Shown: positions 15,622-24,791 of the stretch, one piece after another
Layout of the letters: each line of letters begins with the position of its first letter
Position numbering within the stretch: position 1 is the first letter of the stretch
Virus record (IMG/VR): IMGVR_UViG_3300025769_010106
Span: 32,001 to 96,000 of that record
Length of the DNA stretch: 64,000 nucleotides
Reading direction: 5' to 3' (one strand)
Source of the DNA: a virus
The notes under the pieces: model-generated
What the model saw: the letters and a program-made list of their open reading frames with translations, nothing else
What the model was told of the DNA's origin: nothing
Databases searched by the model: none
Made by a program: the position numbers and the translations under genes

Positions 15622-17868
15622 ATCATTTCCATCTTCAACATACTTGACAGCATCCTCAGCACCTCGTACACTCCACTTACCATTCTCTCCATTACCAACT
15701 GTAGTCCATTGCTCTAGTCTATAACGACTTTCAATGTCTGACTGTTGAGTAAGTTTTACACATTCGCGGAAGGCTGTACGCCAAGTTTCATATGGCGTGG
15801 TGTTAAAGTCTGCTGTACTTGCTATTACAGGAACAACTCCGTGTCTAGCACTTAGCGTAAAGTCTAGCCCCCATTCAGTAGCATCCAATACCATTTGTTT
15901 GTGGTACGCAATAATACCCATGTGTCCATACTCTAATCCATTAACAGGATTACGACTGTGGAATATCCAATGCTTGGGGCCTTGCAGCCAATCTGGTTGC
16001 CAGTTAAAATTAAAGTCAGGTTCTACAATACACTTAGCAAATACGTTAAAGAACCAGGGTGTCTCACTGATCTCTGCACAGGCCTTATATGCTTCTGCTC
16101 TACCCGTTACACCATCTATGCGCTTGGCTCTAGGGCACATACACTTGAGTAGAAACCAGTTTTTATCGGCGTTTTTTTCACCATTACTAAGATACACAAC
16201 ATCTAGTAGTTTTTCTTCTATATTATAGTCATTATGACGCAATATGTATGGGTAGTCATAGAATTGAGTAGAAAAATGCTGTTTACAGTCCCTAGGCACT
16301 AGTAGTACGCTACCGCTCTGTGTAAAGACGTGCAGATCGGGTTTTTTCCAAAAACTAGGAACATAGTCCAAAGATTTAGTGTCTGTATTCAATATCCAAC
16401 TATATGACTGTGTAACTTCATGTAGTGCATTAACTGTGGGCCAGGGTCTATAAGGGACTGTAACATCCTCTACGTAGTTTATAGTATCAAACCACCCTAA
16501 AACTTTTAGGGTACTGTGTTGACTCTTAAAACGCTCCACAGGGACTAAAAATGTATCACCCTCACGCTGATTACAGCTAGGGAATACATGTAGCATATCC
16601 TTCTGCCAGGGTTCCGGTTCCCAGCCAAAATCAAAGTTAGTGTAATCACAAGTGCTACTCGTAACCCATATATACTCGCTATCTGTACGCTCGCATATTC
16701 TTCCCAGAGTTTCTAACCAGGTACTGAAAAATCTAGTTGTTTTATGATCTAGATCAGGTGTAAACTTATATCCATTACCAAAGTCTACATATACTATTTC
16801 TCTGTTGTCATCAAATAATTCTACCGTTTGATCTTCAACAAAGTTTAATTCTGGAAAGTCTTTAACATCCTCAAACCAAGGTACCAGTCGTAGGAATTCA
16901 AGTCTTGGTACTCTAAACACATTAGCCCATTTTTGAAACTTGCTGCCAAACACATGTATCATGTTGCTTTGCCAAGTTTCTGGATACCATCCAAAGTCAA
17001 AGTCTGTGTAGTCATAGTCACTGCTGACTATCCACACAAAATCACTATTACTATTTTCACAAGCCTTTTTAATAATACTGGCCCAGTTGCCTACACCTCT
17101 AATTTTACGAGCATTTGAATCTTGTGCTAATACTGTGTCAAAACTTTTTTTGTTGTTTTTATTAAATTGGTCTACAACAAAAATATCACTAGTGATCTTG
17201 CTTTTAACCTGTTGCACACTTTCATACTTGATTTCACTAGCACCAGGTGTGTGATATTCAGGACCGCCTTGTCTAGCCCATTTACTACCAAACACATGAA
17301 TGTAACTGTCGGACTTTCTTGGATGCCAACTAAAATCAAAATTATCCAAATCAGCGTTTGGTGGCACATGCCAATTGTTTAAATTTTCTAGTGCTGTTGA
17401 TCGTTGCACACTTTCATATTTTATTTCACTAGCACCGGGTGTATGATATTCAGGACCTCCATCAGGTTGCCATTGTGTTCCAAAAACATGAATATAATTT
17501 TCATTTGGATCTGGATGCCAACTTAAATCAAATTTGTTGGTGTCAATGTTTGAAGGTATTTGCCAGTTGTCAACACATGGCAGTCTAGTTACACGTTGAT
17601 CTTTCATGTAGTGTAAAGGACCAGGATTGTGTTTGGGTGTTAGATAAACTTGTCCGTCTTGTTGCCATTGACTGGGCCATACATACACATGATCATGCTC
17701 CCAGTGCGGAGGCACCATGTCAAAGCGAAAATCTGTGTAGTCATTTTGACCCGATAAATACCAGCAGTATTCAGTACGACTTTGCTGTTGTGCTGCTTCA
17801 ATTGAATCTGCAGGCTGCTCGTGAGCAAATAGATTAGGCTTAGAACCTGTATAGAAAACATCAAACAT
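15559..17868 (-). CDS. Repeat-containing glycosyltransferase-like protein (769 aa)
   Basis: About 6 copies of DFxFxWxPxxW....HV(F/W); C-terminal domain aligns with ORF 30022-30948 (AKRIDGV, TWRTAFRECVKL). Confidence 0.55.
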   Translation of the reverse strand: MFDVFYTGSKPNLFAHEQPADSIEAAQQQSRTEYCWYLSGQNDYTDFRFDMVPPHWEHDHVYVWPSQWQQDGQVYLTPKHNPGPLHYMKDQRVTRLPCVDNWQIPSNIDTNKFDLSWHPDPNENYIHVFGTQWQPDGGPEYHTPGASEIKYESVQRSTALENLNNWHVPPNADLDNFDFSWHPRKSDSYIHVFGSKWARQGGPEYHTPGASEIKYESVQQVKSKITSDIFVVDQFNKNNKKSFDTVLAQDSNARKIRGVGNWASIIKKACENSNSDFVWIVSSDYDYTDFDFGWYPETWQSNMIHVFGSKFQKWANVFRVPRLEFLRLVPWFEDVKDFPELNFVEDQTVELFDDNREIVYVDFGNGYKFTPDLDHKTTRFFSTWLETLGRICERTDSEYIWVTSSTCDYTNFDFGWEPEPWQKDMLHVFPSCNQREGDTFLVPVERFKSQHSTLKVLGWFDTINYVEDVTVPYRPWPTVNALHEVTQSYSWILNTDTKSLDYVPSFWKKPDLHVFTQSGSVLLVPRDCKQHFSTQFYDYPYILRHNDYNIEEKLLDVVYLSNGEKNADKNWFLLKCMCPRAKRIDGVTGRAEAYKACAEISETPWFFNVFAKCIVEPDFNFNWQPDWLQGPKHWIFHSRNPVNGLEYGHMGIIAYHKQMVLDATEWGLDFTLSARHGVVPVIASTADFNTTPYETWRTAFRECVKLTQQSDIESRYRLEQWTTVGNGENGKWSVRGAEDAVKYVEDGNDLQQTFEWAFLKEFFDSHYNS

Positions 17869-18925
17869 GTATAATTTAGAAACCTTTTATCCTACTATCA
17901 GCACATGGTTTAGACGCAAATATGACCATTTGGAACCTGCTGTGGTATACCCTTATCCATATGGCAGTGAACATCCAGAAGATACTGTGTTTGACAGTGC
18001 TTATGAATTTCCTAAGACTGTGTTACTATTATACGATCAAGAACCTTTTTGGTCAAGTATTCGTTGGCTAGATCATTTTGCTGAAATGTTTGCTGATTGG
18101 GGCTCAACAGTAATACTTATTACCACACAAGAATGGGGCACTAATTTAGACTATTATGTTAAAAACTTTAATTGGAAACATGTTTGTTACCAGCACCACC
18201 TGTTAGCATGCAGAGATTGGTATAGGGGTTATAGAAATCATCCACAACTGGTTTCACCTCAACAACGAAAACTTTATAATCATTTTGTATGTTATAATAG
18301 ACTTTTTGCTGAAAATAGACCACATAGAGTTAATCTTCTTAAAGACCTATATGATGATAACATACTATGCAAAGTTGATATGAGTTTTCCTGCAACTGAT
18401 CCTATTACAAATAGTTCTTATGCAGATATATCTGGTCGTAGTGATATACAGTTTATTCTACCATTAGACATAGACGATCCCAATCATAACAACAATAGTT
18501 TTACTTTAGATATACAATCTGCTAATGAAACTGCTATACATATTATTACTGAAACTATTTTCAATATTAAAGAAAATTATCTAAGCGAAAAAAGTTATAA
18601 ACCTATTGCCCTTAAACAACCATTTATAATATTTGGCGCTCCCTATAGCCTTAAGACTTTGCAGGATTTAGGATTTAAAACTTTTGCTAATTTTTGGGAT
18701 GAAAGTTATGATAACATTGAGGACCATGATCTAAGATACAGCAAGGCATATAAAATTGTTAAAGATATTGCTAGCATGTCATTAAATGATATTCAAAATA
18801 TTCTAATACAGTCTACGGATATTCTTGAATATAATTATAACCATTTTTATGCACAGGAAACTTTGGATAATATAGTTAATAATCTATTTTTAGATATTAC
18901 TAAGGCCGCTAGTTACGTAAATTAA
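17867..18925 (+). CDS. Putative glycosyltransferase (GT-B/GT10-like C-terminus)
   Basis: CYNR...HR...IITET....LSEKSYKPI...PFII...LGFKTF..FWDESYD. Confidence 0.5.
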   Translation: MYNLETFYPTISTWFRRKYDHLEPAVVYPYPYGSEHPEDTVFDSAYEFPKTVLLLYDQEPFWSSIRWLDHFAEMFADWGSTVILITTQEWGTNLDYYVKNFNWKHVCYQHHLLACRDWYRGYRNHPQLVSPQQRKLYNHFVCYNRLFAENRPHRVNLLKDLYDDNILCKVDMSFPATDPITNSSYADISGRSDIQFILPLDIDDPNHNNNSFTLDIQSANETAIHIITETIFNIKENYLSEKSYKPIALKQPFIIFGAPYSLKTLQDLGFKTFANFWDESYDNIEDHDLRYSKAYKIVKDIASMSLNDIQNILIQSTDILEYNYNHFYAQETLDNIVNNLFLDITKAASYVN

Positions 18926-18926
18926 A

Positions 18927-19370
18927 TCAAACATCTATTTGTTCCACTGGTATATTACATTCTTTTAAAAACTCTAGTCCATCGTTTAATCGGTAGGGAT
19001 GAACATAGAATATTTCCTTAATACCTGCTTGATATAAGCCTTTAGAACATTCCATGCAGGGCTGATGTGTTATAAAGGCACTAGCACCTTCGCCACTTTC
19101 AGTAGATCGGGCCAACTTCATAAGAGCATTCATTTCCGCGTGAAGTACTTCTGGTTTGGTCACTAACTCAACATGATCCGCAGTGCCATTGCCTGTCATA
19201 AATTGTGTCTCACATTCATTAGTCCAGCCGCTGGGCATGCCATTATAGCCAATGCTAATCACACGATTGTCTTTTACAATCACACAGCCAACCTGTAGTC
19301 TAACCGCAGTACTACATTCGGCATATGCAAATGCAGCCTTCATGTGAGCTACTTTGTGTTTTTCCTTCAC
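18927..19370 (-). CDS. dCMP deaminase (ComEB/cytidine deaminase family)
   Basis: IGYNG, HAEMNA and PCMEC zinc motifs; start GTG 19370 or ATG 19391. Confidence 0.92.
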   Translation of the reverse strand: MKEKHKVAHMKAAFAYAECSTAVRLQVGCVIVKDNRVISIGYNGMPSGWTNECETQFMTGNGTADHVELVTKPEVLHAEMNALMKLARSTESGEGASAFITHQPCMECSKGLYQAGIKEIFYVHPYRLNDGLEFLKECNIPVEQIDV

Positions 19371-19434
19371 CAGCCTATGCCTCGTCGCCATCTCATTTTA
19401 TATAGTTTTACTAAAAGTTTGAATAACATAATCT

Positions 19435-19794
19435 CTAAAATCCTAAATCCATTCTCCATGGATACATTGTATAGCCAAGAGGACGTAAGACGAACTCTTC
19501 AAACAGTACGATTAAAACAATACCAAATACCCATTGTACCCAACGTGGCCAAGTTGTTCGCCAACGTGTAAAGGGACGCAATATCCATGCTAATATATTG
19601 GTTACCTTACCCCAGAACCAATCACCTACACTAAAGGGAGGAACTTTCCACAGTACTACAGGAACTATTAACCACCATATCCACTGTGGATAGTCGTCAT
19701 TGGGCTCATCTATTACAATCATTAGAACCAGTAGTGCTAGTAGGTATGCACCAATCCATTTTTTCATATGTGCTAGTTTATGTTTTTCTTTCAT
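19435..19794 (-). CDS. Trp-rich membrane protein; first 11 codons duplicate the dCMP deaminase N-terminus
   Basis: Three hydrophobic segments; MKEKHKLAHMK start. Confidence 0.65.
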   Translation of the reverse strand: MKEKHKLAHMKKWIGAYLLALLVLMIVIDEPNDDYPQWIWWLIVPVVLWKVPPFSVGDWFWGKVTNILAWILRPFTRWRTTWPRWVQWVFGIVLIVLFEEFVLRPLGYTMYPWRMDLGF

Positions 19795-20088
19795 TTAAAA
19801 TATACCTATCATTAGTTTAGTATCTTCCGGTATAAGATCAGGTCCCCACTGTGGTTCCCATACAAGTTCACGTTCTACTTCTGTCACACCGTCAACATTT
19901 TTGCAGGCTTGGTATATGTCTTCGCATATTTGATCGGCAAATGGACACATAAAACTTGTTAAGCTATGCTTTACATGAACTTTAGTTTTTTCTATTTCTA
20001 TACTATATATCAAACCCAAATCGTAAACATTAACGCTTATCTCTGGATCATAGACAAGACGTAGTGCTTCTATTATCTTATCTTTCAT
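19795..20088 (-). CDS. SufT/DUF59 Fe-S cluster assembly protein
   Basis: VYDPEI..VYDLGLIY...TSFMCP...WEPQW. Confidence 0.9.
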   Translation of the reverse strand: MKDKIIEALRLVYDPEISVNVYDLGLIYSIEIEKTKVHVKHSLTSFMCPFADQICEDIYQACKNVDGVTEVERELVWEPQWGPDLIPEDTKLMIGIF

Positions 20089-21566
20089 GAGCAGACCTTC
20101 ACACCATACTGCTTTTCAAAACGATCTGCGTCAGCACGATCATTTACCATGGGCTCGCCACGGATGTTTAGGCTAGTGTTTAATAGCATTGGGCAGTCTG
20201 TCATTACATACCACTTTTCAAGTAGGTCCCTTGCGCCAGTACGATCATCCTTGCCTACTGTTTGTACACGACTGGTGTTGTCATAATGTACTATTGCAGG
20301 GAATAGATCTGGACGCTTACATTTATAGGTAAACTGCATATAGGGACTCGTATCCAGTCTGGGCATATCAAAATAATCGTGTGCATGCTCCTCTAATATC
20401 ATAGGAGCAAAAGGTCTGAACTTTTGTCTGCGTTTGATCTCGTTAACACGGTCTTTTATATCATCGCCGCGTGGGTCAGCAAGTAGACTGCGATTGCCCA
20501 GAGCACGTGGGCCAAACTCTGCACGACCACTTGCAACTCCTACAATACCTTCACGCTGTAGTTCGCCAATAATTTCTTCACTGGGATATTCACCGGGAAT
20601 GTTTGTTCCCAGATATGGCCCTTGCCAGTTTAAACGTTTGCCATATGCAAGAGCAGCAGCACCTAAACTACTACCACAGTCGCCAGGGTTTGGCATAACC
20701 CATAGTCTATTCCAGATATCACGAATCGCACTATTTGCAACACAGTTAAGAGCAACACCCCCCATGAACACGCAATCATCAATATCAGTATTTGTAATAC
20801 TTAATTGATGCATTGCCGTTCTGAGCATGCCTTCAGTGATCATTTGTGCAGCTCTGGCTATTTCTTCGATTGTATATTCACTGGCGAAACTGTCTTCTAC
20901 ACCAACGTGAAAATTTCGTTTAAAAATCTGTTTATGTTCATTATCTAAACTACCAGTAACAACCTCGCGATATGCATTTGGAGATCCATACGCTGCCATA
21001 CCCATGAGAATATATTCTTCTTCCATGGGTTTTAAACCACAACGCTTGGTCATTGCGCTGTAAAACAATCCTAAACTATGAGGGTAGCGACGTGTATAAA
21101 TCCTTTTATATTGTGCCCGACCTTGGTCATCGTATTCAGCACGATATGTTGACCAACAGTCCCATTCACCAATAGCATCTATTACTACCACAACAGCACG
21201 ATCAAAGGGTGATGTTTGAAACCCTGCCGCAGCATGACTTAAATGATGTCCTGAGTATTTGTCTACTTTAAGTCCGTATGGTTTTAATTGTTTAGTAGGA
21301 CTAGGGTCACCAAACACTTTACGCCACTCACCACTATATAGTTGACGTGTTTTTTTCAGCCATGGACGTTCATACCAAGCAACTAAATCAGGCGTACCAT
21401 AACCGAGTGCCTCAGCCATAATGCCTTCATTTAGTGTAGCATCATTTTTAACTTTACTATAGCGTTCGCTGTGACCTGCAAAAAGTATATTGCCTCTACT
21501 GTCCACGACACTGACACCAGCATCATGAAAGCCTGCACTCACGCCCATGTATGTTTTAAGTTTCAT
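20085..21566 (-). CDS. NodU/CmcH/TobZ-family O-carbamoyltransferase
   Basis: FHDAG, HSERYS, HHLSHAA, DAIGE, MGMAAYG, GGVALNC, EFGPRALGNRS, RPFAP, RVQTV, LNTSLN. Confidence 0.95.
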   Translation of the reverse strand: MKLKTYMGVSAGFHDAGVSVVDSRGNILFAGHSERYSKVKNDATLNEGIMAEALGYGTPDLVAWYERPWLKKTRQLYSGEWRKVFGDPSPTKQLKPYGLKVDKYSGHHLSHAAAGFQTSPFDRAVVVVIDAIGEWDCWSTYRAEYDDQGRAQYKRIYTRRYPHSLGLFYSAMTKRCGLKPMEEEYILMGMAAYGSPNAYREVVTGSLDNEHKQIFKRNFHVGVEDSFASEYTIEEIARAAQMITEGMLRTAMHQLSITNTDIDDCVFMGGVALNCVANSAIRDIWNRLWVMPNPGDCGSSLGAAALAYGKRLNWQGPYLGTNIPGEYPSEEIIGELQREGIVGVASGRAEFGPRALGNRSLLADPRGDDIKDRVNEIKRRQKFRPFAPMILEEHAHDYFDMPRLDTSPYMQFTYKCKRPDLFPAIVHYDNTSRVQTVGKDDRTGARDLLEKWYVMTDCPMLLNTSLNIRGEPMVNDRADADRFEKQYGVKVCS

Positions 21567-21664
21567 TTGTAGATAAAAGGGTCCCTACGTCTCAACTCTT
21601 TTAGTCGCTTGCGATACTGTATCTCAAGTTTAATTCTGTTAATAAGGTTGCGAATCCAACGCAT
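21563..21664 (-). CDS. 33-aa basic peptide ending DPFIYK (absent from the ORF track)
   Basis: MRWIRNLINRIKLEIQYRKRLKELRRRDPFIYK; AGGAG RBS; ATGA overlap with the carbamoyltransferase start. Confidence 0.8.
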   Translation of the reverse strand: MRWIRNLINRIKLEIQYRKRLKELRRRDPFIYK

Positions 21665-21676
21665 TATATTCTCCTG

Positions 21677-21901
21677 TTATTGTCCGTACCAGTTATGTAT
21701 TCCAAGGAACGCTGCGCCAAAGTAAAACATCTCCATTAGCATCCTAGGCATGTCACGATCTTTATAAGCAAAGTATGCCCATGCGGCGCAAGACACACTA
21801 CTGAGTGCCCATCCCATCCATTGTATGCTGACTATGCCACTTGTTAAAATAAACAATGCTGTAACAGCACCCACAAACCCCAACCATCTTTGTATTCTCA
21901 T
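21677..21901 (-). CDS. Small 3-TM membrane protein
   Basis: Three hydrophobic helices; ATGA coupling. Confidence 0.7.
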   Translation of the reverse strand: MRIQRWLGFVGAVTALFILTSGIVSIQWMGWALSSVSCAAWAYFAYKDRDMPRMLMEMFYFGAAFLGIHNWYGQ

Positions 21902-22971
21902 GGTATTAATCCTAGTGCTTGCATCTGCACATTTTCGTAGTCTTCATCGTCTACAGTATAATCAAAGTAGTAGGGAACGCCATCTACTTCAATACTATAT
22001 ATGTTTAGAAGAGGACTCATCATATCCCAAATCTGCACAGGATCGGTTGTTCCAAAACTACTTAGCATATCTACTTGGCCCAGTGGCAAATATCCTAAAC
22101 TAAGTCTTGGATCTGTTATATCCTTGCCATTGTCAATCATCCATTGATGGAATTCATCTATATCTTCGTTATGCCATTTATGATCACCACCATATACTAC
22201 ATCTTTAGCCCACTCTATATCGAATTCACCACTATAATATTTTAAATCTGTAATTGCTTCGCATACTGTGTCAGTTAACATCGGAGCATCTTCGTCTCTC
22301 CATACTTCAAAGTATGTTTTTCCTATCTGACACCAGTGCATGTACACGCCACCAAACACACGATCATATCCGTTAGTCACAAAGCCTGCACGATATTCAT
22401 CTTCTAAGTGTAGACGCGGAGCGTTAAGAAATGTAGTAATCTGGCTGGGCCTTACCCACTCAGGTGCTAGGGCATCTTTAACTAAACTTAGTATGTATGT
22501 TTCCATCTCATGGCATAGGTTGTTTAATTGTCTAATACTATATTTTACTTTAGGAGATGCATTGTAATAATAATTACTTAAATTTCCAACTGTACCTTGT
22601 AATATTTCAAAATGATTATGTAAACGATTTAAAATATTGTGTTTGACATAATGCTGATGTCGAGAAAATTTATATTCTTTGGGATCAAACCAAACACTAT
22701 CAGGCGTAAAGTGTTCTTCTATTCTGTAATCCAAATCACTTTTATTAATACGTTTTATATGCTTATTAAGTTCACTAACCATAGCATGTAAGCCACGTGT
22801 CTGTTTTGGAAACCCCATAAAGCAAAAGTTCTTTTCTAGGTGTAGTCCGCGCTCAAGAATCTCTAATAGAGCAGTTTTCCATGCACGACCCAAGGGAATA
22901 TCATGGGGAGTTATTGTGTAGTCTAACTCAACACCAGTTTCATGAGGACTTTTAAGAACTATTCGTATCAA
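21898..22971 (-). CDS. Uncharacterised protein with His/Glu motifs inside the radical SAM cluster
   Basis: LNRLHNHFE, LCHEME, YMHWCQIGK; overlaps both neighbours. Confidence 0.7.
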   Translation of the reverse strand: MIRIVLKSPHETGVELDYTITPHDIPLGRAWKTALLEILERGLHLEKNFCFMGFPKQTRGLHAMVSELNKHIKRINKSDLDYRIEEHFTPDSVWFDPKEYKFSRHQHYVKHNILNRLHNHFEILQGTVGNLSNYYYNASPKVKYSIRQLNNLCHEMETYILSLVKDALAPEWVRPSQITTFLNAPRLHLEDEYRAGFVTNGYDRVFGGVYMHWCQIGKTYFEVWRDEDAPMLTDTVCEAITDLKYYSGEFDIEWAKDVVYGGDHKWHNEDIDEFHQWMIDNGKDITDPRLSLGYLPLGQVDMLSSFGTTDPVQIWDMMSPLLNIYSIEVDGVPYYFDYTVDDEDYENVQMQALGLIP

Positions 22972-24229
22972 TACTTTCCCACCATTTTGCTAACTCAGTG
23001 TCGCGTAATGTATCAACGAACGGCATCCCGGCTCTTGCCGTATCTAGGCGTTCCATACGTCGCTTGGCCCGGGCTCTAGCCTTAGCATAGTCTTCGGGAT
23101 ACTCTTCCTCAAACGTAGGCCGTTTAATTAAGTTCATTAATACATCACGCATTGGACCTGATGTGTCAGGTAACACATCTGTTATTATAGCATGTAATAT
23201 GTCTCTGGGCAAGAATAAAGGACTCATGGCAATATCAGGTGTGAACGCAAATGTAACTTTAGCAAGTATGTCTACACCCAAATCTGCTGCTAGTTTTTGT
23301 ATATTGCGTATCTCAAATAAGCCTGGCACGGTTAGTGTAAAGTCTATACGCATTTGCCTACGGTATTTGCTAACAGCAATACCCTGCTTGAAGTTTTCCA
23401 GCCACTGATCATATTTGAGTCCAGTGCGTATGTATTCTCCTACAGCACCAGTGCCATCCAAACTAGCACAAATCTGCCAGTCTCTTATCTTCGGCAATAT
23501 ATCAGTATAAAGGTTACAGCCACCAAACTCAATACGACTAAGGTTGGTATTGTATCTAGCGTATATACGTGGACCATCTCCTAGTTCAATAATACGTTGC
23601 ATATAACGCCAGTGCTGTTCATACATAAGAGGCTCGCCGCCTACCCAGTATATTTCTTCAACACGATGTTCTTCCACTGCACAAGCAAACTCCTGTTCAA
23701 CAGTATCTTTTTGAAACTTTTCTATTGCTTGCTTTACAGGCGTTTCCATCCAGGGTTCTATTTTGCCATCCATACGTGCTTCTGCTTCCCAACTGCTACT
23801 AAGCATTGGGCCGCACATACGACATTTAAAGTTACAGAGGTTAGTAAAACGATAGTCCCAACTCACAGGCTGCATACTAGTATAGCCCGTGTCATCTGTT
23901 GTTCGTGCTATGTCATCATACTTGTGTTTGAATAAATGCCAGAAGTAATCACGATAAACATCTGTGTTTAGTAATTTCTTGTCGCAAACCTCACACTCAG
24001 GTGGCAGTTCACCTGCTAGCATTTGACGGCGCACTCTGCGTATATGTTCACCGTTCCACCACTCATCCAGTGTTTGTGGCAAATATTCATTAGTGCCGGC
24101 GGCGGTGTCTATATACTGACGAAAGTTCTGAGCAGGTTCTCTGCTGGCACAACATAGCCTACGCTCTGTCTGTGGTGACAGATAGGTGTGCGTCCAGGGT
24201 GCCATGCACAAGGTATCAGGTTTATTCAT
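22952..24229 (-). CDS. N-terminal twitch-domain radical SAM protein 1
   Basis: CMAPW...LCC...CEVC, then CNFKCRMC, GGEP, YNTN, SLDG. Confidence 0.9.
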   Translation of the reverse strand: MNKPDTLCMAPWTHTYLSPQTERRLCCASREPAQNFRQYIDTAAGTNEYLPQTLDEWWNGEHIRRVRRQMLAGELPPECEVCDKKLLNTDVYRDYFWHLFKHKYDDIARTTDDTGYTSMQPVSWDYRFTNLCNFKCRMCGPMLSSSWEAEARMDGKIEPWMETPVKQAIEKFQKDTVEQEFACAVEEHRVEEIYWVGGEPLMYEQHWRYMQRIIELGDGPRIYARYNTNLSRIEFGGCNLYTDILPKIRDWQICASLDGTGAVGEYIRTGLKYDQWLENFKQGIAVSKYRRQMRIDFTLTVPGLFEIRNIQKLAADLGVDILAKVTFAFTPDIAMSPLFLPRDILHAIITDVLPDTSGPMRDVLMNLIKRPTFEEEYPEDYAKARARAKRRMERLDTARAGMPFVDTLRDTELAKWWESIDTNSS

Positions 24230-24791
24230 CTGCTAATGGAAATTCAAATTTCCCATCTGCTGCTTTCCTAAACAAGTCCGATACCCACTGATGCCATTCT
24301 GGTGCATAATGATGTCCCAATTTACTGATTGGCCATCGGTCGGGATGGTCGATATAGGGTATCAGATCATAAAGAGTCATATCAATCAAGCGACATTGAT
24401 TCTGCTCACAAATTGATTTCAAATCTATTAGATTCCTAGAAAAGTTTTTCCTACACCAGTCATCGTCGTGTGTTTCCATAAAATAGATTCGATTACTGCA
24501 TGTAGGAAGACTCTGATAAAACTTTCCATCTTTTTGATATTCAAATCTACTCCAATCTGGCCAAAGACAGTAGACTATGTTTGGTTTATGTTCCGGTACG
24601 AGATCTTGTGCCAGACGAACAACCTGATCACCGCTGGCTGATCCAACCCCAAAATTCTTAGCCCCTAACAGATAAGGCCAGGTTTCGTTGTTTTCTACTC
24701 CAACACCCCAGGTATGGCTGCAACCAAATGCTATAGAATCCGAATTGGTGATTTTATTCCTAAATTTCAGTGGATTTTCACTCATAGCCAA
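24222..24791 (-). CDS. SGNH hydrolase/acyltransferase-like protein
   Basis: AFGCSHTWGVG, NFGVGSAS and late HY motif. Confidence 0.65.
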   Translation of the reverse strand: MAMSENPLKFRNKITNSDSIAFGCSHTWGVGVENNETWPYLLGAKNFGVGSASGDQVVRLAQDLVPEHKPNIVYCLWPDWSRFEYQKDGKFYQSLPTCSNRIYFMETHDDDWCRKNFSRNLIDLKSICEQNQCRLIDMTLYDLIPYIDHPDRWPISKLGHHYAPEWHQWVSDLFRKAADGKFEFPLADE

